Source of the DNA: Bacteroidales bacterium
Lineage (GTDB): Bacteria > Bacteroidota > Bacteroidia > Bacteroidales > JAAYJT01
Assembly: GCA_034370405.1 (NCBI GenBank)
Contig: JAXMKY010000112.1
Location: 1-63,743, forward strand
Reading direction: 5' to 3'
DNA: 63,743 bases
In this document: one piece after another, positions 58,760 to 63,743 of the stretch
Position numbering within the stretch: position 1 is the stretch's first letter
Layout of the letters: every line of letters begins with the position of its first letter
Position numbers and translations under genes: made by a program
The notes under the pieces: generated by a model
Told to the model about the DNA's origin: nothing
Database searches by the model: none
The model's input: the letters and a program-made list of their open reading frames with translations, nothing else

Positions 58760-60700
58760 CTACGGGCTATTTTCCAAATCCCCGAGTAACTCCTCCCAAC
58801 AGCGCATTTCTTTTTCAAGTTGAGATTTCAAGTTGTTGTAATGTTTGTATGATTTGGCATCGTTGAGCACTTCAAGGTAGCGTTGGGGGTCGGCAAGCAT
58901 GGCATCCATACCTGCAATCTCTTTTTCGAGAATGGAAATTTGCTCTTCTGTTTTTTCAATCTGATTGCGCATCTTACGCAATTGTTTTTCGCGAATTTTG
59001 CGATCCTCCCATTGCAGCTTGCTGTCGGAAGTTTGCCGCTCAGGCTCCTTGGTTTTTGGGGTTGAAGAAGCCTGTTCAAGTGCATTCAGTGATTCGAGTT
59101 TGCGGGCTTGTAGAAAATCATACACATCGCCCAAGTATTCGCGTATGCCCTGGTTTTTGAACTCTATTACCTTATTGGTAAGGCCTTGCAGGAAATCGCG
59201 GTCGTGCGACACGATGATCATGGTTCCGGTGTATTGCAGCAAGGCATTCTTGAGTATGTCCTTGCTCAGCATGTCGAGGTGGTTGGTAGGCTCATCGAGC
59301 ACCAACAGATTCACGGGTTTCAGCAGCAACCTTGCCAGGGCCAGGCGGGCTTTTTCTCCTCCAGAAAGTACTTTCACCTTTTTATCAACATCGTCGCTGC
59401 CAAACAGAAAACTGCCCAGCAGGTTGCGAACCTGAGTACGCATGGCTCCGGTGGCAGCGTCATCAATGGTTTGGAACACGGTTTTTTCGCCATCCATCAG
59501 CTCGGCTTGGTTCTGGGGAAAATAGCCTATGTGGGTATTATGTCCGGCTTTTACTTCGCCCTGATACTCCAATTCGCCTACAATGATCTTGCTGAGGGTT
59601 GTCTTGCCTTCACCGTTGCGTCCCACAAAAGCAACGGCATCGTTGCGCAGGATAGCAAAGTCGAGATTTTTTAACACTAAATGTTTGCCATAGGATTTGC
59701 TCATGGCATGCCCTTCAACCACTACTTTTCCGGAGCGGGGAGCAGGAGGAAACTTCACCCTTATCGATGATTTATCTGTATCTTCAATTTCAACCTTCTC
59801 CATTTTTTCGATTAGGCGAATGCGCGACTGCACCTGCCTGGCCTTGGTAGATTTGTACCTGAACCTTTCTATAAATCGTTCAACCTGTGTTATTTGCCGT
59901 TGCTGGTTTGAGTAGGCGGCCGCCTGTTGCTGGAGTTGTTCCTCGCGCATCTGCACATAGCCTGAATAAGAAGACGCAAAATCATAAATACGTCCTAACG
60001 ATATTTCAATGGTTCGGGTGGTAATATTGTCGAGGAAAGCGCGGTCGTGCGAAACCAAAATCAAGGCTCCCGGATAGTCTTCCAGAAATTCTTCAAGCCA
60101 TTGTATGGATTCGATGTCAAGGTGGTTGGTAGGCTCATCAAGCAATAAAAGGTTGGGGCGTTGCAGCAGAATTTTTGCCAGTTCAACCCGCATTTGCCAG
60201 CCACTGCTGAACTCTTTCATGGGCCGATGGAAATCTTCCCTTTTGAACCCCAGACCCAGCAGCACTTTCTCGGTATCGGCTTCCCGCGTTTGCCCACCGA
60301 CGAGATGAAAACGATCGTTGGCTTCGTTGAGGCGGGTAATCAGTTTCATGTAATCTGCCGTCTCATAATCGGTTCGAGTGGCCATCTCATGGCCCAGCCG
60401 GTGGAGGCGTTGCTCCAGCGTGATGGCTTCGTGAAAAGCTTTCATGGCTTCAGCCAGTACGGTAGTGGTGCTCTGGGTTTCCAACTCCTGTGCCAAATAT
60501 CCCACCGTATGCCCCTGAGGTATCACCACCACTCCTTTTTTGGGTTCGAGCAAGCGCGCCATGATGCGCAGCAGGCTGGTTTTGCCTGCTCCATTGCGGC
60601 CCACGAGCCCAATGCGGTCGCGGCTGTTGACTAAGAAGGAAACATCGTCGAAAATATAAGTCCCGGTGAAATGAACCGAAAGGTTGTTAACACTATACAT
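58760..60700 (-). CDS. ABC-F family ATPase (two ABC domains plus a C-terminal coiled-coil)
   Basis: Two Walker A motifs (GRNGAGKTS, GRNGEGKTT), two signatures (FSSGWQMR, LSGGEKAR), no TM domain, and a Lys/Glu-rich C-terminal arm. Confidence 0.9.
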   Translation of the reverse strand: MYSVNNLSVHFTGTYIFDDVSFLVNSRDRIGLVGRNGAGKTSLLRIMARLLEPKKGVVVIPQGHTVGYLAQELETQSTTTVLAEAMKAFHEAITLEQRLHRLGHEMATRTDYETADYMKLITRLNEANDRFHLVGGQTREADTEKVLLGLGFKREDFHRPMKEFSSGWQMRVELAKILLQRPNLLLLDEPTNHLDIESIQWLEEFLEDYPGALILVSHDRAFLDNITTRTIEISLGRIYDFASSYSGYVQMREEQLQQQAAAYSNQQRQITQVERFIERFRYKSTKARQVQSRIRLIEKMEKVEIEDTDKSSIRVKFPPAPRSGKVVVEGHAMSKSYGKHLVLKNLDFAILRNDAVAFVGRNGEGKTTLSKIIVGELEYQGEVKAGHNTHIGYFPQNQAELMDGEKTVFQTIDDAATGAMRTQVRNLLGSFLFGSDDVDKKVKVLSGGEKARLALARLLLKPVNLLVLDEPTNHLDMLSKDILKNALLQYTGTMIIVSHDRDFLQGLTNKVIEFKNQGIREYLGDVYDFLQARKLESLNALEQASSTPKTKEPERQTSDSKLQWEDRKIREKQLRKMRNQIEKTEEQISILEKEIAGMDAMLADPQRYLEVLNDAKSYKHYNNLKSQLEKEMRCWEELLGDLENSP

Positions 60701-60892
60701 GGGCGCAAAAGTAGCCATTTGGTGCTAATAGGATACGTGTCGCCATCAAATCCAAAATCTGTAGTTTCAAAGTATCCCGAAAATTAAATAATTAGGATAA
60801 TTTTGTCAGGTCTGGCCTTAGTAGCGCAAAAAGCCCTATTTTTATTCAAAAATTTGATTTGATCTGATAGTCGTGTTTAAACATCCACTCTC

Positions 60893-62431
60893 ATGCTCGT
60901 AAAAACCTATGGTAGCACCATTTATGGCATAAACGCCATCACCATCACTGTTGAAGTGAACATAGATGTTGGAGTACAGTTTTTCTTGGTAGGCTTGCCC
61001 GACAGTGCTGTGAAAGAGAGCCATCAACGCATTGAAGCTGCATTGCGCAACAACGGGTACAAGATTCCCGGAAAAAAAATAGTGATCAATATGGCTCCGG
61101 CCGATATTCGCAAAGAAGGTTCGGCCTACGACCTTACGCTTGCCATTGGTATCCTCGCCGCTTCGGAACAAATCAAGCACGATCAGGTGGGCGATTACAT
61201 CATCATGGGTGAGCTTTCGCTCGACGGAAGCCTGCAACCCATCAAGGGGGCGCTGCCTATCGCCATCGAAGCACGCAAGCAAGGATTCAAGGGATTTATA
61301 CTCCCAATGCAAAATGCCCGCGAGGCAGCCATTGTGAGCGATCTTGAAGTGTTTGGCATCGAAAACATAAAGCAGGCGATTGACTTTTTTGATGGAAAGG
61401 CAGAACTCACCAGGGAAGTTGTGAACACGCGCGAAGAATTTTATTCTCAACTAAACCTTTATGAGCACGACTTTTCGGATGTGAAAGGCCAGGAAAACAT
61501 CAAACGAGCCCTTGAAATAGCAGCCTCGGGCGGGCACAATGTGATACTCATAGGCCCACCGGGTGCAGGTAAAACCATGCTGGCCAAGCGATTGCCATCC
61601 ATCATGCCCCCGCTCAACCTGCACGAAGCCCTCGAAACCACCAAAATACACTCGGTGGCCGGAAAAATGAGCCGCAATTCATCTTTGATCTCAGTAAGGC
61701 CTTTCCGATCTCCACATCACACCATCAGCGATGTTGCATTGGTAGGAGGGGGGAGTAACCCCCAACCTGGAGAAATTTCTCTGGCACACAATGGGGTGCT
61801 TTTTCTTGATGAACTGCCAGAATTTAAGCGCACAGTACTTGAAGTACTTCGCCAACCCCTTGAGGATAGGGTTATTACCATCTCACGCGCCCGGCTCACG
61901 GTTGAATATCCAAGTAGTTTTATGTTGGTAGCAGCCATGAATCCCTGTCCCTGTGGCTTCTATAACCACCCCGACCGTGAATGTGTCTGCCCGCCCGGAA
62001 CGGTTCAAAAATACCTGAACAAGATAAGCGGCCCATTGCTCGACCGTATTGATATTCAGATAGAAGTAGTTCCCGTACCTTTCAGGGAACTTTCGGACAC
62101 CAGCACTTCAATATCCAGCAGCGTTGTGCGCGAGAGGGTGGTGGCGGCAAGAGAAATACAGGAAGATCGCTTTGCTGCCGACAAAAACATCCATTGCAAT
62201 GCGCAGATCACCACCAAAATGCTACGAACCATCTGTAAACTTGATGATGCCGGATCAGCATTACTCAAAACCGCAATGGAAAAGCTCAGCCTGTCAGCAC
62301 GGGCCTACGACCGTATATTGAAGGTGTCGAGAACCATTGCCGACCTGGACATGAGTGAGCATATCAAACCTGAGCATGTGGCCGAAGCAATTCATTATCG
62401 AAGCCTAGACAGGGAAACCTGGGGAGCGTAA
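60893..62431 (+). CDS. YifB/ComM-family Mg-chelatase-like AAA+ ATPase
   Basis: N-terminal Lon-protease-like domain (VEVNID.G...F.LVGLPD.AVKES..R), Walker A GPPGAGKTM, LFLDELPEF, a CxC..C Zn-like motif and the C-terminal ARAYDRILKVSRTIADL. Confidence 0.9.
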   Translation: MLVKTYGSTIYGINAITITVEVNIDVGVQFFLVGLPDSAVKESHQRIEAALRNNGYKIPGKKIVINMAPADIRKEGSAYDLTLAIGILAASEQIKHDQVGDYIIMGELSLDGSLQPIKGALPIAIEARKQGFKGFILPMQNAREAAIVSDLEVFGIENIKQAIDFFDGKAELTREVVNTREEFYSQLNLYEHDFSDVKGQENIKRALEIAASGGHNVILIGPPGAGKTMLAKRLPSIMPPLNLHEALETTKIHSVAGKMSRNSSLISVRPFRSPHHTISDVALVGGGSNPQPGEISLAHNGVLFLDELPEFKRTVLEVLRQPLEDRVITISRARLTVEYPSSFMLVAAMNPCPCGFYNHPDRECVCPPGTVQKYLNKISGPLLDRIDIQIEVVPVPFRELSDTSTSISSSVVRERVVAAREIQEDRFAADKNIHCNAQITTKMLRTICKLDDAGSALLKTAMEKLSLSARAYDRILKVSRTIADLDMSEHIKPEHVAEAIHYRSLDRETWGA

Positions 62432-62444
62432 ATGCAAAATTAAA

Positions 62445-63233
62445 ATGATCAGGTTAATAGTAAAATATGTTTGCTATCTATTCAGAGCCAAATCAAAGTT
62501 TGGCATCCACTCTCCTTTTGTTTTTCAATTTGTTAACGATGTTTTGAATGATAAAACAGTTTTTTCAGAATATCAGACGATTAATAAAACCATGCAGAAG
62601 TTTCATCGCTCCCGAAATATTATTGAAACTACTGATTTTGGAGCGTGTACCGGACAAAACACATACCGGACACACACCCGCCGGGTAAAAGAAATAGCCC
62701 GATTATCAGCTATTTCTGAAAGTATTGGCCGCTTACTTTTCAAAATGGTTCGTTACTATAAACCCGAACATATTCTTGAGCTTGGAACCTCATTGGGAAT
62801 AAGCACTTTATATCTTGCGCTGGCAAATCCCGATGCAAGAGTTATTACCATCGAAGGCTGCGCAAATACTGCCGAAAGTGCTCAAAATAACTTTGATCAA
62901 CACAACCTGAAGAATATTCAACTCCAGGTGGGTGAGTTTGGCAACCTGCTCGAAAAAGCCATTGAATCATTGCCACACCTTGATTTTGTGTTTATTGACG
63001 GCAATCACCGTAAGGAACCCACATTGAGCTATTTCAACACCTGCCTTCCCAAGGCCCACAACGAAACCATCTTCGTTTTCGACGACATTTACTGGTCGAA
63101 AGGCATGGAGCAGGCCTGGTGCCAGATCAAAGCCCATCCGCGGGTTACTGCAAGTATTGACCTTTTCAGTATTGGAATAGTATTTTTTAGGAAGGAATTG
63201 AGTAAGGAGGATTTTGTGATCAGGTTGCTGTGA
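62445..63233 (+). CDS. Class I SAM-dependent (O-)methyltransferase
   Basis: ILELGTSLGISTLYLA (motif I), VITIEG and DFVFIDGNH, typical of the O-methyltransferase family 3 fold. Confidence 0.7.
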   Translation: MIRLIVKYVCYLFRAKSKFGIHSPFVFQFVNDVLNDKTVFSEYQTINKTMQKFHRSRNIIETTDFGACTGQNTYRTHTRRVKEIARLSAISESIGRLLFKMVRYYKPEHILELGTSLGISTLYLALANPDARVITIEGCANTAESAQNNFDQHNLKNIQLQVGEFGNLLEKAIESLPHLDFVFIDGNHRKEPTLSYFNTCLPKAHNETIFVFDDIYWSKGMEQAWCQIKAHPRVTASIDLFSIGIVFFRKELSKEDFVIRLL

Positions 63234-63238
63234 TTTGA

Positions 63239-63607
63239 TTACTTCTTCGGTAAAACTTCGAAAACCAAAGAATGAGTATAAATGGATTCAGGAGGAAGTT
63301 GTGGTGATTTGTTCCTGGTTAGCATATCAAAACTATCGGCAAACAAGAGTTCAAAATCTTCAAAAACACTCCTGTCTCTGATTTGGCCACTTTTTCTGAT
63401 AATTGGATCAAGGTTTAATGGCTTACTACTGGCAACAAGCTTAAACATTTCATTTCCAAATGGTTTGTTGAAAATAAACACACCAATGATGTCTTTGCTC
63501 TCATTAGGCTTTAGCTTGCAATCGCTTGCTGACTGACGAACACCATATCTATTTGTTACCGGAATAAGAATTTTAATGCTATCATCCGCAAGAATATCAA
63601 TCATCAT
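63239..63607 (-). CDS. Hypothetical protein (122 aa)
   Basis: Clean ORF with an in-frame stop 6 nt upstream of its ATG. No recognisable motif. Confidence 0.4.
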   Translation of the reverse strand: MMIDILADDSIKILIPVTNRYGVRQSASDCKLKPNESKDIIGVFIFNKPFGNEMFKLVASSKPLNLDPIIRKSGQIRDRSVFEDFELLFADSFDMLTRNKSPQLPPESIYTHSLVFEVLPKK

Positions 63608-63638
63608 GGATTTTCACGGTAATATCAAACACGTAGAT

Positions 63639-63743
63639 TCAAGAGTTTGTTGCGCCAGAGAAGATGAGTTTTTTGTTGTTTAGCCAATCGTATTTTGTTT
63701 GCTCAAAACGGGTCATAGTTTCAAGGATCAGAGGTAGGGTGCG
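63639..63743 (-). CDS. 3' end of an unidentified gene entering from the right edge
   Basis: Hand translation of the minus strand from nt 63743 gives RTLPLILETMTRFEQTKYDWLNNKKLIFSGATNS*, with a stop at 63641-63639. It is too short to assign a function. Confidence 0.3.
   Translation of the reverse strand, partial: RTLPLILETMTRFEQTKYDWLNNKKLIFSGATNS

Noticed and set aside
58965-60634. Several 150-160-aa plus-strand ORFs (58965-59435, 59186-59674, 60161-60634)
   Set aside because: All are antisense or alternative-frame ORFs inside the ABC-F ATPase gene, whose two ABC cassettes account for the region.
60842-61450. 202-aa minus-strand ORF
   Set aside because: It is antisense to the ComM/YifB gene, which has unambiguous motifs across the same interval. 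It is a shadow ORF.
63239-63743. Idea that the 122-aa ORF and the partial ORF at the right edge are two halves of one frameshifted gene
   Set aside because: They are in different frames and separated by 31 nt, with a stop 6 nt upstream of the 122-aa ORF's ATG. Without recognisable homology for either piece I cannot support a pseudogene call.
1-63743. Search for mobile elements, prophage, defence islands, rRNA, tmRNA, RNase P, SRP RNA and riboswitches
   Set aside because: I saw no transposase, integrase, recombinase or restriction-type motif in any ORF. No intergenic region has the GC-rich conserved helices of these RNAs that I can recognise by eye. A covariance-model scan would be needed to exclude small ncRNAs.

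Overview
This is a 63.7-kb chromosomal segment from a Bacteroidota-type genome. The lineage call rests on TAnnTTTG -7 promoter boxes upstream of many genes, a T9SS C-terminal sorting domain, the conserved NadK / beta-barrel / UppS / BamA / OmpH / OmpH synteny, and a TonB-dependent receptor locus. I call about 62 protein genes, one tRNA (initiator-type tRNA-Met) and one pseudogene. I saw no rRNA, CRISPR array, transposase, integrase or phage gene.

Most of the window is ordinary housekeeping:
- GTPases: era, der.
- DNA and tRNA functions: recQ, queA.
- Envelope and export: kdsD, lptB, tatC, pssA, uppS, bamA.
- Cofactor and nucleotide metabolism: pyrC, deoC, pdxJ, nadK.
- Central carbon metabolism: sucAB, a ferredoxin with korAB, and a PFK with the PPi-type signature.
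- Other: rfbA, an ABC-F ATPase and a ComM/YifB-type ATPase.

I do not see a clear-cut new system. The observations most worth a second look are:
1. A low-GC segment of about 3.7 kb (28.2-31.9 kb). It encodes an SQR-like flavoprotein, a TusE/DsrC-like protein, a DsrE-like protein and a convergent Cys-rich FNR-type regulator. FNR-box-like palindromes sit in its promoter region.
2. A queA / P-loop NTPase / polytopic membrane protein string linked by overlapping stop and start codons, preceded by two unrecognisable ORFs.
3. A TonB-dependent receptor, an OB-fold lipoprotein and a divergent secreted EEP nuclease, which together look like an extracellular nucleic-acid scavenging unit.
4. NAD-linked (sucAB) and ferredoxin-linked (fdx-korAB) 2-oxoglutarate systems encoded side by side.
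5. A 2-hydroxyacid dehydrogenase gene inactivated by an internal deletion.
6. Several small repeat and homopolymer features in intergenic DNA.

All functional calls come from reading motifs in the translated ORFs. No database search was possible.
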